Below are positions 16,724 through 30,062 of a stretch of 64,000 nt of DNA, in pieces; positions within the stretch are counted from its first letter, which is position 1, and each line of letters starts with the position of its first letter. The stretch spans positions 124,001 to 188,000 of the forward strand of contig CAXHJY010001100.1 in assembly GCA_964016885.1 (NCBI GenBank), in the 5' to 3' direction. Source of the stretch: Eledone cirrhosa. Lineage: Eukaryota. Under the pieces are notes generated by a model that saw nothing but the letters and a program-made list of their open reading frames with translations, ran no database searches and was not told where the DNA came from. The position numbers and the translations under genes were made by a program.

Positions 16724-16761
16724 AGAACAAAAGCAACAGCACTATCCCAGCATGAGAAGCC

Positions 16762-17215
16762 ACAGTAGCAATAACAGCAGCAGTAGCAGCAGCAGCAACA
16801 GCGGCAACTGTAGCAGGAACAACAGCAACAGCAGAAACAGCAACAGTAGCAGCAGTAACAGCAGTAGCAGTAACAGCAGTAGCAGTAACAGCAGCAACAG
16901 CAACAGCAACAGTAGTAACAACAACAGCAGTAGCAGTAACAGCAGTAGCAGTAACAGCAGTAGCTCTAACAACAACAGCAGCAACAGCAGCAGTAGTTGC
17001 CATAACAGCAGTAGCAGTAACAGTAGCAGCAGTAACAGCAGCAACGGCAACAGCAGTAACAACAACAACACCAGCAACAGCAGCAGTAGTTGCCATAACA
17101 ACAGCAACAGCAACAGTAGCAGCAGTAACAGCAGCAACAGCAACAGCAGTAACAACAACAACAACAACAACAGCAACAGCAACAGCAGCAGTAACAATTA
17201 CATAACAACAACAAC
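16762..17215. repeat. (AGC/AAC/AGT)n array
   Basis: Direct reading. Confidence 0.88.
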
Positions 17216-17289
17216 ACATTGTACAAATCCCAGACGTACAACAATGACAATTAACGTAAGGGCATTTTAAATTCTCAGCTGATATAATT

Positions 17290-18480
17290 AATTGTTTCTA
17301 CTTTTGGCACAAGGCCAGCAATTACCCCCCAGTGTATTACTGGTACTTTATTTTATCGACCCCCGTAAGGATGAAAGACAAAGTTAACCTCGGCGGGATT
17401 TGAACTCAGATCATAAAGGGCCGTAACTCTGTGCTGCAAAGCATGGCGTCCGGTCGTCTATCGATACTGCCAATCCACCGCCCTATACTCAGAAAGTAAA
17501 GGGCCGTAACTCTGTGCTGAAAAGCATGGCGTCCGACCCGATACCGATACTGCCAATCCACCGCCATATACTCAGAAAGTAAAGGGCCGTAACTCTGTGC
17601 TGCAAAGAATGGCGTCCGGCCGTCTACTGATACTACCAATCCACCGCCATATAATCAGAAAGTAAAGGGCCGTAACTCTGTGCTGCAAAGAATGGCGTCC
17701 GGCCGTCTACCGATACTGCCAAATCCACCGCCATATAATCAGAAAGTAAAGGGCCGAAACTCTGTGCTGCAAAGCATGGCGTCCGACCCGATACCGATAC
17801 TGCCAATCCACCGCCCTATAATCAGAAAGTAAAGGGCCGTAACTCTGTGCTGCAAAGATTGGCGTCCGGCCGTCTACCGATACTGCCAATCCACCGCCAT
17901 ATAATCAGAAAGTAAAGGGCCGTAACTCTGTGCTGCAAAGCATGGCGTCCGACCCGATACCGATACTGCCAATCCACCGCCCTATAATCAGAAAGTAAAG
18001 GGCCGTAACTCTGTGCTGCAAAGAATGGCGTCCGGCCGTCTACCGATACTGCCAAATCCACCGCCATATAATCAGAAAGTAAAGGGCCGTAACTCTGTGC
18101 TGCAAAGCATGGCGTCCGACCCGATACCGATACTGCCAAATCCACCGCCATATAATCAGAAAGTAAAGGGCCGAAACTCTGTGCTGCAAAGCATGGCGTC
18201 CGACCCGATACCGATACTGCCAATCCACCGCCATATACTCAGAAAGTAAAGGGCCGTAACTCTGTGCTGCAAAGAATGGCGTCCGGCCGTCTACTGATAC
18301 TGCCAATCCACCGCCATATAATCAGAAAGTAAAGGGCCGTAACTCTGTGCTGCAAAGAATGGCGTCCGGCCGTCTACCGATACTGCCAAATCCACCGCCC
18401 TATAATCAGAAAGTAAAGGGCCGTAACTCTGTGCTGCAAAGAATGGCGTCCGGCCGTCTACCGATACTGCCAATCCACCT
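17290..18480 (-). mobile_element. Meta-domain tRNA SINE with head amplified into ~13 tandem 83-84-bp units
   Basis: Body atcgacccccgtaaggatgaaagacaaagttaacctcggcgggatttgaactc, then repeated tcagaaagtaaagggccgtaac..ccaatccaccgcc. Confidence 0.88.
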
Positions 18481-18827
18481 CTCAACTGATATAATTAATG
18501 TTTAGGTTTACGACATGGTGACTTTTGTGAGAGGATAATTGGTGAAACCAAGCTTTGGCTGCCAACTTTAGTAATGAATCTGGCATGTTTGAGAGTGATC
18601 CTCTAACGAAATCACCAAATCCTATCTGAAAAGTTAATAGTAATGGACAAAACGTGCGAGATTGAAAACAAGAAGAGAATTTTCAAACGTGAAATACCAT
18701 AGACAGCTTCCATGGTTACTGCATCTTAAATAATGTACGAATGTTTTTGATACATGCAAAACTGAGTGGCTAAGAAATTCGCTTCGGTATCATGAAATCC
18801 CGCTTCGGTATCATGTTTTACCTCGCC

Positions 18828-19730
18828 TTAACCCATCAGCATTAACATTACTCTATATACAAAGTCCTTGTTTCAGGGGGGAGGTACTAGGGGACAAGCC
18901 CCCCCCCCCACATTTTTTTTTAAACGTCTATATTTTATTTTTTGTTTATTTGATATAATTGTTTCTTCTTTTGGCACAAGGCCAGCAATTTCCCAGTACA
19001 TTACTGGTACTTTATTTTATCGACCCCGTAAGGATGAAAGGCAAAGTTTATTTGATATAATAAATTCTTTTTAAGCTTATTCTTTTATATCTGAACTTCA
19101 TTTAAATATATAAAATTTAATTAGCGTAAAATTTTACATATGTGATTAGGGTCTGGGAAAGGGACCATAAGCAATTTATGCTCCTTTAAGAATCAACAAA
19201 TGTTGGTTTGTCCCTCTCACACTTTTAAGGCAAACGAGGCCCCTGTCTATATATATACTATTGTGGAGGCACGTGGCCTAGTGGTAAGAGTGTTCGACTT
19301 ACGATCATAATGTCGTGGGTTCGATTCATGGGCTGCGTGCTGTGTTCTGGAGCCAAACACTTCATTTCACGTTGCTCCAGTATACTCAGCTGAAAATGAG
19401 TACCAGCAATAGCTGGGGGTTTAACCCTGCGAGGGACTGGCGTCCTGTCCAGGGGAGAGTCTTGCAATCTCAGTCGCTTCACGCCATGGAATCGACCAAA
19501 TGAGCCTTGTGGCTTAAGACAGACTTTAGATATATACTATTGTATTTTTGTGGTAAAGGCTTTATTTTATATAATTATCTCACATAATATTGAATCTATC
19601 AGATTTTGATGTTATTTATTTTGAGAACAATACCTTAACATCAGTATGAGCAGCCGGTTACAGCTTGTTTGAACAGAAAGAGGTGAGAGAATTCTGGCCG
19701 GATACAGCCGGTTTAAATGCTAAGGGTTAA
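18828..19730. mobile_element. piggyBac-like non-autonomous element with nested SINEs
   Basis: TTAA-cccatcagcatt ... aatgctaaggg-TTAA termini. Confidence 0.5.
19265..19530 (+). mobile_element. tRNA-derived SINE with CORE-like domain
   Basis: A box tggcctagtgg, B box ggttcgattc, then acacttcatttcacgttgctccag and gactggcgtcctgtccagggg. Confidence 0.85.
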
Positions 19731-19829
19731 TACATCTTGGGCAAGTGTCTTTGCAGTAGCCACAGGTCGACCAAAGTCTCACGAGTGAAATTCGGGACAA
19801 GGAAAGTTTGTGAAAGCCAGTCGACTGGA

Positions 19830-20135
19830 TCGTACCAGTAATATCAGCGGTATTGCCATTAAAAGATGCTAGAGATTTATGTGAAAGGAAATAGACTTAA
19901 TACATCTTGGAAAAGCCAGGATTGTACCAGTAATATTAGCGGCATTGTCAATAAAAGCTGCTAGAGGCGTATGTGAAGAGAAACAGACTCATTTTTAAAT
20001 GACAAGAGATTTATGTGAAAGGAAATAGACTTAATACATCTTGGACAAGCCAGTATTATACCAGTAATATCAGTGGCATTGCCAATAAAAGCTTCTAGAG
20101 GTGTATGTGAAGAGAAACAGACTCACTTTTTCAAA
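19830..20135. repeat. ~134-bp tandem duplication
   Basis: agagatttatgtgaaaggaaatagacttaatacatcttgg at 19871 and 20005. Confidence 0.75.
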
Positions 20136-20374
20136 TGACAATCGAAACGAAATCAGAGAAAGAATATTTCTAGTTTTGAGAAACATGCTGACGTAAGATA
20201 AAATGGCCAGACGTCAGGGTAGATTTGATGTGCACTCCTTTACATGTTTGACAGCATCAGAAGAAATATTTCACTCAGCATTAAATAAAATCGGAAAAAG
20301 CAAAAACCACATTATTTTTTTTCTTGTTCTACATGTGTTAATGATTAATGTATTTTGCACTACTAACCATTGTC

Positions 20375-20695
20375 TGTGTTCAACCGTCGTCGGTTCCCAC
20401 ACCGAGTGTGCTAGTTAATTCGATCAACAGAACAAACACCATATCCGTGAAATTAACGTGCAAGTGTCTGTGCATTCCACAGACACAAATAATCTTAAAG
20501 TAGCTAGCAGGGAGTTCCAACGTAACTCAGTTTATGACAAGGCTGGGTTTTTGAATTATAGTTGCAACTAATATTTTTTCCTGAACTGGGACAATGTGAA
20601 ATCCAATGTCTCACTCAAAGAAATAATATACCACCGGGAATCTAACTCACAACGGTCGCGAGTGGAATACACTAACCAACCAAGACACGATCCTT
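20375..20695 (-). mobile_element. Old SINE; a related + strand piece lies at about 50110-50275
   Basis: Shared gtgaaattaacgtgcaagtgtctg / cagacacttgcacgttaatttcac. Confidence 0.6.
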
Positions 20696-20700
20696 CACAT

Positions 20701-21135
20701 TAGTATCGGTAGAGGGTCGGATGACATGCTTTGCAGCATAGAGTTACGGCCCTTTGCGCTCTGAGTTCAAACCCCGCCTCGTAAGGATGAAAGGCAAATG
20801 TTAGCTTTGCCTTTCATCCTTACAGGGTCGATAAAATAAAGTACCAGTAATGGACTGGTATCGATTTAATCGACTTTTCCCTCCTCTCCAAACTGTTGGC
20901 CTTGTGCCTAAACTAGAAACAATTATCGTTAGTATCGGAAGAGGGTTGGACGCCATGCTTTGCAGCATAGAGTTACGGTCCTTTACAGTCTGAGTTCAAA
21001 TCCCGCTGAGGTTAATTTTGCCTTTCATCCTTACAGGGTCGATAAAATAAAGTACCAGTAATGCACTGATGTCGATTTAATCGACTTTCCTACTTTCCCT
21101 TCTAATTGCTGGCCTTGTGTCTATAGTAAAAACAA
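20701..21135 (+). mobile_element. Two tandem Meta-domain SINEs
   Basis: gagttcaaa B box; gcctttcatccttacagggtcgataaaataaagtacc. Confidence 0.85.
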
Positions 21136-21433
21136 GTATGTGTGTGGGTGAGAGAGAGAGATAGAGGAGGAGAGAGAGAGAGAGACAGAGAGTGAGAGCT
21201 AGAAAGAGAGAGAGAGAGATAGAAAGAGAGAGAGAGATAGAAAGAGAAAGAGAGAGAGAGAGACAAAGGGAGAGAGAGAGAGATAGAAAGAAAGAGAGAG
21301 ATAGAGATAGAAAGAGAGAGAGAGAGAGAAAGAGAGAGAGATAGAGAGACAGAAAGAGAGAGAGAGATAGAAAGAGAGAGGGAGAGAGATAGAAAGAGAG
21401 AGGGAGAGAGATAGAAAGAGAGAGAGTGTGTGT

Positions 21434-21480
<47 letters not shown>

Positions 21481-21503
21481 TGTGTATGTGTGTGTGTGTG
21501 TAT

Positions 21504-21560
<57 letters not shown>

Positions 21561-21581
21561 TGTGTGTGTGTGTATGTGTGT

Positions 21582-21668
<87 letters not shown>

Positions 21669-22061
21669 CGCGCGCGCGCGTGTGTGTGTGTGTGTGTATG
21701 AAAGTATAGCTAGTTCAGAAAGTCAGTGTACACCAATTAAAATTTTTTAATATTTTGGCTTCAAAATAACAGATTTTACACTATTAGACCTAAGAACTGT
21801 TCAATGAAATCTTAAAGGTTGATTAAAGTACATTACAAGAATGTGGCTAATGTATTTCATTGGCTTGTGGCCAAAGAAGGGTGTTGTCTATTAAGTCAAC
21901 TCCAGTGTTTGTCTTAATTAAACGACCTTCACCTCGGTGGGAGTAAAATGATTTATTAAACTAGCAAGATTTGAACCTATATATATATATATTTATATAT
22001 ATATATATATATATATTAATTCAAAATATTAAAAAATATAGACATTCGTGTGATCAAGTAT

Positions 22062-22126
22062 ATTTTATTATACATATTTCAGAGGTACTGAGCTATTTAC
22101 AACAGTACGTGCTCATCAGATAAAAT
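22062..22126 (-). ncRNA. Type I hammerhead ribozyme
   Basis: Minus strand: attttat-CTGATGA-gcacgtactg..cagtacctct-GAAA-tatgta-TA-ataaaat. Perfect 7-bp stem I; stem II core gtactg/cagtac. Confidence 0.8.
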
Positions 22127-22365
22127 GAGATGATGCTTGACATACCTAAACTATGTTGATGCTAAAATTCAGTCATGGCAATTAATATTAATAACTCCAT
22201 AATTAGTTTGCAGCAACAGAAGTCCGACGAGGTTTTGATTCCAGAGTCGGGCTATATCGATACAGATCGAACCTTGAGCTGATCAATAGCGAAACGTGCG
22301 TCACTACTCAATAAACGTAATGAAGACATAACAAATCGTCTTGTTTATTATTATAATTATATATT

Positions 22366-22408
<43 letters not shown>

Positions 22409-22522
22409 TAAGTAATTCTTCAGCTCTGTTTAATTACATTGAGCTATATCTTATACTGTCATTTCTATAATATGAAGAGGGTGTTTAACTCCAACACACT
22501 CTAGTATTTTAATTCGTATATA

Positions 22523-22625
<103 letters not shown>

Positions 22626-22853
22626 ATGCAGTTGCGGACTGGGTCTAAAAATATTGGCTGCCGTGAGATGGAGGGGGGCCCACCTACATATAGAATGTTA
22701 TCATTTAATTTTTATAATGAATAAATAACATTTTCGAAAAATACATAAGTGGAAACAAAACAGTGCAATCAAATCTTTACGGGAAAATATCTTACCGTCT
22801 CCATTAAAAAGTATTATGTATTTTGCGAAATCCAGAGACTTTCAATACTGACC

Positions 22854-23315
22854 AGAAGTCGACCCTAAATATTACTAAGGAATAGCTCTAGGAATGCCAT
22901 GAACGACACCACATCTTTCTAACATTGATTTTGAAAGTAGGTTTATAATTATCAATTTTCATCACATTTTTGTAGCTGTCTCGTTGGCCTAGTTGGAGGA
23001 ATCATAGCCGGTGGTGATCCTGGTCTGAAGTTTGATCCTGGTCGGGAGGAGGTTCCCCGTCAACCTTTTCAGTTTTTTTTTCTATTGGTTGTAAAATAAA
23101 AACTGAAAAAGGTTACATGTATCTCTTGACCAGGATTGAACCTCAGGTCCGGATCTTCACCGTCACTAGTACCTACCGCTCGGCCACAGAGACAACTACG
23201 AAAATCTTATGAAAATTCATACTTATAAACCTACTTTCAAAATTTTCAAAACAAAGTGTTGTGGTGTCGTTCATGTCTTTCTTAATGTTATTGCTCCTAC
23301 TTAGGGTCGACTTCT
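22854..23315. mobile_element. ~460-bp imperfect palindrome (MITE-like) with a tRNA-like unit in each arm
   Basis: Ends agaagtcgaccctaa/ttagggtcgacttct; arms align to the centre near 23085; A/B-box-like motifs on both strands. Confidence 0.65.
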
Positions 23316-23531
23316 AAATCATTTGGGTGTTCCATAAACTACATCTTCGTTTTGTTTCACATCTATCTAGACTATATTTTAACCTGTAATCCATGGTTCA
23401 TTTCTGTTGCACCTCATCCCCCCCCCCCCCGCTCTCTCTTTCTCTCTGTGATATTTGAATCTACAATGATTTGGGCTTAGCTTATTCCTATATTTTGGAT
23501 GTCAGTTACATTCAAACTTACAATGATTGGC

Positions 23532-23609
<78 letters not shown>

Positions 23610-23616
23610 AAATGCA

Positions 23617-23930
23617 AAGTTACTCTCGGCGGGGTTTGAACTCAGACCATAAAGGGCTATAACTCTATGCTGCAAAGCATGGTGTCCGACTCTCTACCGA
23701 TACTGCCAATCCCAGCACCCTTTGAAATGATTAAATAATTGTTTCTACTTTTTGGCACAAGGCCAGCAATTATCCCAGTGCATTACTGGTACTTTATTTT
23801 ATCGACCCCGTAAGGATGAAAGGCAAAGTTAACCTCGGCCGGATTTGAACTCAGAATGGCAAGGGCCGCAACTCTATGTGTCCAAAGCATGGTGTCCGAC
23901 CCTCTACCTATACTGCCAATCCACCGTCCT
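23617..23930 (-). mobile_element. Meta-domain SINE head plus a full copy
   Basis: Same consensus, reverse complement. Confidence 0.85.
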
Positions 23931-24324
23931 CCCAGAGCAAAAGTCTTATGAATAATAATAATAATTGATATTCAAAACAACGAACAGCGGAGGACACGTT
24001 TCGCACCTTTCCGACAGACAACCTCTCCCCCCCCCCACCCCCCACCGCCCCCCGAAAAAAAAACCCCAGTTGATGGATGTGAATCCGAAATATATAGGGA
24101 CAATTAAATCTCTCCCAAGGTAACTCTTTCTCGTGTTGTTATTTTCATTTATATCCTTTACGCTCATTCCTTCATTCCTCTACACGTTACAGTCTTATAC
24201 ACGCCACGCATCTCAACGTACACCCACTTACATCTCTCTCTCCACCACCGGATCTTGTTACCCGAGATTTACCCATCTGCATTGTCGAGGCTTCCAAACG
24301 ACTTAAAGAAATTTACCATAATAA

Positions 24325-24590
24325 TAATTGTTTCTACTGTTGGCACAAGGCCAGCAATTATTCCAGTGTATTACTGGTACTTTATTTTATCGACCCCGTA
24401 AGGATGAAAGGCAAAGTTAACCTCGGCGGGATTTACCTTAATAATAATTATTTCTACTTTAGGCACAAGGCCAGCAATTACCCCAGTGTATTACTGGTAC
24501 TTTATTTTATCGACCCCGTAAGGATGAAGGGCAAAGTTAACCGCGGTGGTGTATCCGACTCTCTACCGATACTGCAAATCCACCACCCTC
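24325..24590 (-). mobile_element. Two partial Meta-domain SINEs
   Basis: ggcacaaggccagcaatt..atcgaccccgtaaggatgaa occurs twice. Confidence 0.8.
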
Positions 24591-24812
24591 CGTTAAGATA
24601 CATATATGACATCAGCAACCCCTCAGGTGTAATTAGCTACCTGTGTCTTTATTTTCGCTGATACCTCAATCGGATACTGTATCAGATCATCGATACGATA
24701 GATGTTTGCCGTTGATAATGGCGTTTGTATCGATAACGACACTACCAAGCCTATTGTTATCAATTATAACACCTCTCATAACAGCTGTATCGATGATCGC
24801 ACCGTAAATAAC

Positions 24813-24888
24813 AATACTACTACTACTACTACTGCTACTACTACTGCTACTACTACTACTACTGCTGCTACTACTACTACTGCTACTG

Positions 24889-24920
<32 letters not shown>

Positions 24921-25167
24921 GCTACTACTACTGCTGCTGTTGATGTTACTGCTACTACTGCTACTACTACTACTACTGCTACTACTGCTACTACTGCTAC
25001 TACTGCTACTGATACTACTACTGCTACTACTGCTACTACTACTACTATTACTGTTACTACTACTGCTACTACTGCTACTACTGCTACTACTACTGCTGCT
25101 GTTGATGTTACTACTGCTACTACTACTGCTACTACTGCTACTACTGCTACTACTACTGCTACTACTG

Positions 25168-25214
<47 letters not shown>

Positions 25215-25742
25215 GCTACTACTACTCCTACTACTACTGCTGCTGTTGATGTTGTTGCTACTACTACTGCTACTCCTACTACTACTGCTGCTGTTGATGT
25301 TGTTGCTACTACTACTGCTACTACTACTGCTACTACTACTGCTACTGCTAGTGCTACTACTACTGCTACTGCTGCTGATGCTGTTGATGTTACTGCTACT
25401 ACTACTGCTACGTCTACTGCTGTTACTGATGCTGTTGATGGTGCTGCTGCTACTGCTACTGCTACTGCTACTACTGCTATTGCTACTGATGTTGTTGTTG
25501 CTACTACTGCTGCTGCTGCTACTGCTGTTACTGATGCTGATACTGCTGCTGCTACTACTGATGCTGTTGCTGTTGCTGCTATGGCTACTACTGCTGCTGC
25601 TACTGCTGCTGTTACTGATACTGCTGCTTCTGTTGTTGCTGCTGCTATTGCTGCTGTTGCTGCTGCTACTGCTGCTGCTCTCGATGATGATAACGACGCT
25701 AATGATGATGATGATGATGACTCTAATGATGATGATGATGAA
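24813..25742. repeat. (ACT/GCT/GAT)n trinucleotide array
   Basis: Direct reading. Confidence 0.88.
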
Positions 25743-26309
25743 TGATTATAAGATCGAACAGCCGTAATATTAACAAGATCGATAAACATAACAAAATATC
25801 TCCATTGTTTTCAAAGATCCCATTAATTGAGATAGGAATATTTATTATTTTATTATTTTATTTTATTTCATTTCGTTTCATTATTATTTCATTAAATTTT
25901 TTTATTATTTTTAATATTATTTAATTATTATTTCATTGCTAATTATTTAAATAAACTAAATATGCTAAAAATAAAAAAAGAATTGAAAAAAAGAAACGAT
26001 CAGGTGATAATAATAGCTTCCAATTTAGATACAAGACCAGCAATTGATGTGGTGAAAGGGGAAGGGAATTATATCGATCCGGTACATGATTTGTACTTTG
26101 TTTTATCGATCTTGGATGGATGAAAGGCAAAGGTAACCTCGGTTGGGTTTAAACTTAAAGATCAAGTGATAATAAATGGATTGCAATAAAGAGGTGACAT
26201 ATCTCATTAAGAGACATAATATCTCAGGTGAGAAAACAAGAAAAGAAAGTACAAAGAATCCAATAAATCCAACATAGATTCTTCAAAAGCTATCCACCAT
26301 CTCTTGCTA

Positions 26310-27080
26310 TTTATCTTTCCTTCTTCTTTCCTAAATCTCTCCTTCTACCCCCAAATTCACCTCTTCTTCCGTACCTTATGTCTATCACCTCTCTTTCTCA
26401 ATCCCTCTTGTACCAAAACTAACCCCTTCTGCCTATCACCTTCTGTCTATCACCCCTCTTTCTCAATCCCTCTTGAACCAAAACTCACCCCTCCTTCCCT
26501 ACCTTGTTTATCAACTCTCTTTCTCCATCCCTTTTGTACTAAAACTAACCCCTTCTGTATATCGCCTTCTGTCCATCATCTCTCTTTCTCACCCCTCTTT
26601 TAGCCAAACTCATTCCTTCCTTCCTACCTTGTCTATCACCTCTTTCTAACCTCCCGCTTATACCACAACTCATCCCTTCCCCCATCTTACCCTTGTCTAT
26701 CACTTCTCTTTCTCCATCCTTCTTGTAACAAAACCCATCACCTTTTCCCTACCCTTCTATCATCTCTCTGTCTCATCCCTCTTGTAACAAAACCCATCAC
26801 CTTTTCCCTACCCTGTCTATCATCTCTCTGTCTCATCTCTCTTGTATCAAAACTAATCCCTTCTCTCTAACACCTTCTGTCTCTCACCCCTATTTCTCCA
26901 TCCCTCTTGTAACAAAACCCATCACCTTTTCCCCACCCTGTCTATCATCTCTCTGTCTCATCTCTCTTGTATCAAAACTAATCCCCTTCTCTCTAACACC
27001 TTCTGTCTCTCACCCCTATTTCTCCATCCTTCTTGTACAAAAACTCATTCTTTCCTCCATACCTTGTCTATCACCTCCCA
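26310..27080. repeat. Diverged CT-rich ~60-bp minisatellite
   Basis: Recurrent tcttgtaacaaaac..ccttgtctatcacc. Confidence 0.8.
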
Positions 27081-28304
27081 AGATCAGAAAGGAATCATGG
27101 AATCCCCTTCCACGTTTCCTTACTGACCATCTATTGTACTCTCTTCTGACTAAATGCCCTGTGCACCTTCACAGTTATTTCCCTTAGATATTTCCTTACC
27201 TCGTCTCTATTCTCGTCGTCGTTATTTTCGTCTAGTCAGTCTCCTCTATTCCGATTAAATAAATATCTTACACATCTCCACCGTTTTTAGAAAGCGTTCA
27301 ATCAATGCGTGTTGCCAATATGGAAGGTAAACCAGAGAATGAAAAAAAAAAAAGCAAAACAAAAGGGAAACCAACACAATGTCATGGAAAGAAAAAGAAA
27401 TGTTAAATATCACGTTGAAAGATAGAATTAGATGCGTCGAGATAAGAAGTTAGAAGACTAGAATCAAAGATATATTTCAAGAGATGTAATCAGATAATAG
27501 GTAGGAAATCCTTATTAGTTCCACACGACGTCACAGTCTAATCTTTAGAAGATGTTGGTGGTTATGTTTTATAAAATGGGGTTCTATACGACAATGTAAC
27601 GTTTTACAATAAAAACTAATGTATTGATTGACTTTTTTTCTTTTCTAGTTAGTTTGTAGCAGTAAGTCAGAGAGAAGATAAATAGAAATGAAAATAATAA
27701 ATAATAAATAATAAATATATTACATTTATATTGCAATTACAAGAACCCGGATATAGCTTTAAGCACAAATAAGAAGAAAAAAACAGAGAAAGGGAGAGGC
27801 GATATATATATATACAGAGAGAGAGAGAGAGGGGGGGGGAGAATAAAAGAAAGTACAAGAGAAGTATCAGATAAAACAGTAAGTTTCTGGCTAGTTACCA
27901 AACATTCTTTGCCAGAATAAGCAATCATTTATAAGAAAATGTCAAAAACTGTATATTAAATCACTGTCAAACATGGAAGATTAATTTAATTTAGAAAAAA
28001 AGGTCAGCATTTGTGAAGTTTGAGAAGTACAGTTTGAAAAACAAAACACAAGACATCTAGCGTACCAGATTAAAACAAAACACAGGACTTGTAAAAGTAA
28101 GAGAGAGAGAGAAGTGGATAGAGAGAGAGAGGTGGGGATAGAGAGAGGGACAGAAAGAGAGATATAATAAAAGAAAGAGAGAGAGAGAGAGAGAGTGAGA
28201 AAGAGAGAGAGAGAGAGACGAAGATAGAGGGAGAGAGAGATAATGAAAAAGACAGAGAGAGAGAGAGAGAAAGAGACGGAGAGAGAGAGACGAAGATAGA
28301 GAGA

Positions 28305-28357
<53 letters not shown>

Positions 28358-28446
28358 CGAGAGAGAGAGAGAGAGAGAGACGGAGACAGACAGAGAGAGA
28401 GAGAGGCAGAGAGCAGGAGAAAGAAAGAGAGAGAGAGAGAGAGCGA

Positions 28447-28491
<45 letters not shown>

Positions 28492-28515
28492 GGAGACAGA
28501 GAGAGAGATGGAGAC

Positions 28516-28586
<71 letters not shown>

Positions 28587-28963
28587 GAGAGAGAGACATC
28601 TAGCGTATTTGGCGTTTTTTATGGTAAGTCTGTGCTATGTTTCTTTCATAGAGAAAGCGCTAGTGATCTAGTTTATGTTTTTTTGTTTTGATACGCGAAA
28701 CAAGATCTTGCATGTATATTTGATTTGAGCCAAATATTATTACAATCTCCTCTCCCTGTGGGAATCTGAGATTAGTTCTCACTTGAGCCAAGCTAATTCT
28801 AGTCGTGTAATCAGATTTAAACGCTGTTACATGTTAATTATAGATATTATGTTCAACTGTGTTACACCATGTCAAACATAAGATGACATGTACACACACA
28901 CACAAACACACATATATATGTACATATGTTAATACATACACACACACACACATATATATATAT

Positions 28964-29105
28964 AATTGTTTCTATGTTAGGCACAAGGCCAGCAATTAGC
29001 CAGTGTATTACTGGTACTTTATTTTATCCCCCCCCCCCCTAAGGATGAAAGGCAAAGTTAACCTCGGCGGGATTTGAACTCAGATCATAAAGGGACGTAA
29101 CTATA
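28964..29105 (-). mobile_element. Meta-domain SINE, 5' truncated
   Basis: Same consensus. Confidence 0.8.
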
Positions 29106-29126
29106 ATGTATATATATAATATATAT

Positions 29127-29179
<53 letters not shown>

Positions 29180-29399
29180 CAAATAACGAAACGAAATTAA
29201 ATTTCGTTTCGCTTCTAACTCACTTTTGTATGACTGACGCTTAAACAATTAAGTTAAAAGTGTACATCTACATATGTATACGGAAATATTAGTATGCATA
29301 TAAATACACACATGTATACATATGTACATGTACTGAGTTTTTCACTGGACACTTTACTGTGAGTGTCCAGCTAGTCTGTATGTAAACAAACAGACAAAC

Positions 29400-29535
29400 C
29401 GGGGTCATACATTTTCCTATATATATATATATATAGGAAAATGTATGACCCCGACGGCAGAGCTCAAGCCGTTTCGGCGTCATAGATTTTCCTATTACAC
29501 ACTCTACTACCCTAAGTATTGAGTACTCTATATTG
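29400..29535. mobile_element. Family A fragments in both orientations
   Basis: cggggtcatacattttcctat-(TA)n-ataggaaaatgtatgaccccgacggcagagctcaagccgtttc..gtattgagtac. Confidence 0.65.
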
Positions 29536-29675
29536 GAAAAGTAAATAACAACAAGAAGGAGTACAGTTACGAAAGGTGTGAGGCATTGAGAGTGGGGGGC
29601 GGGGGTGTATGAAATATTTGTATATATATATGTATATATACAAACGAATATTTTACACACACACACACACACACA

Positions 29676-29768
<93 letters not shown>

Positions 29769-29819
29769 ATTTCTAATGAATGAAACAGTTCTAGTCCTGT
29801 AGAATCTCATCTATATTAA

Positions 29820-29854
<35 letters not shown>

Positions 29855-29857
<3 letters not shown>

Positions 29858-30023
29858 ATTCCGGGTTGAATCGGAGGTAACCACAGTAAGTACGGTACTC
29901 AATACATTGCAGAGTATAAAAGTTTTAATATAGATGAGATTCTACAGGACTAGAACTGTTTCATTCTTTAGAAATCATCAGGATTTCTAAAGAATGAAAC
30001 AGTTCTAGTCCTGTAGAATCTCA

Positions 30024-30030
<7 letters not shown>
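29855..30030. mobile_element. Hammerhead fold-back cassette (family B)
   Basis: Minus strand: CTGATGA-tttctaaagaat-GAA-ACAG(ttctagtc)CTGT-A-gaatc at about 29938-29981. Inverted arm 29982-30030; a further partial copy at 29767-29822. Confidence 0.75.

Positions 30031-30062
<32 letters not shown>

Noticed and set aside
17406-18480. CRISPR-like or tRNA gene array
   Set aside because: No unique spacers, and the units are truncated SINE heads lacking a full cloverleaf.
24702-25745. Thr/Ala-rich mucin-like ORF
   Set aside because: ACT/GCT trinucleotide array with no synonymous diversity; a real exon cannot be excluded without RNA-seq.
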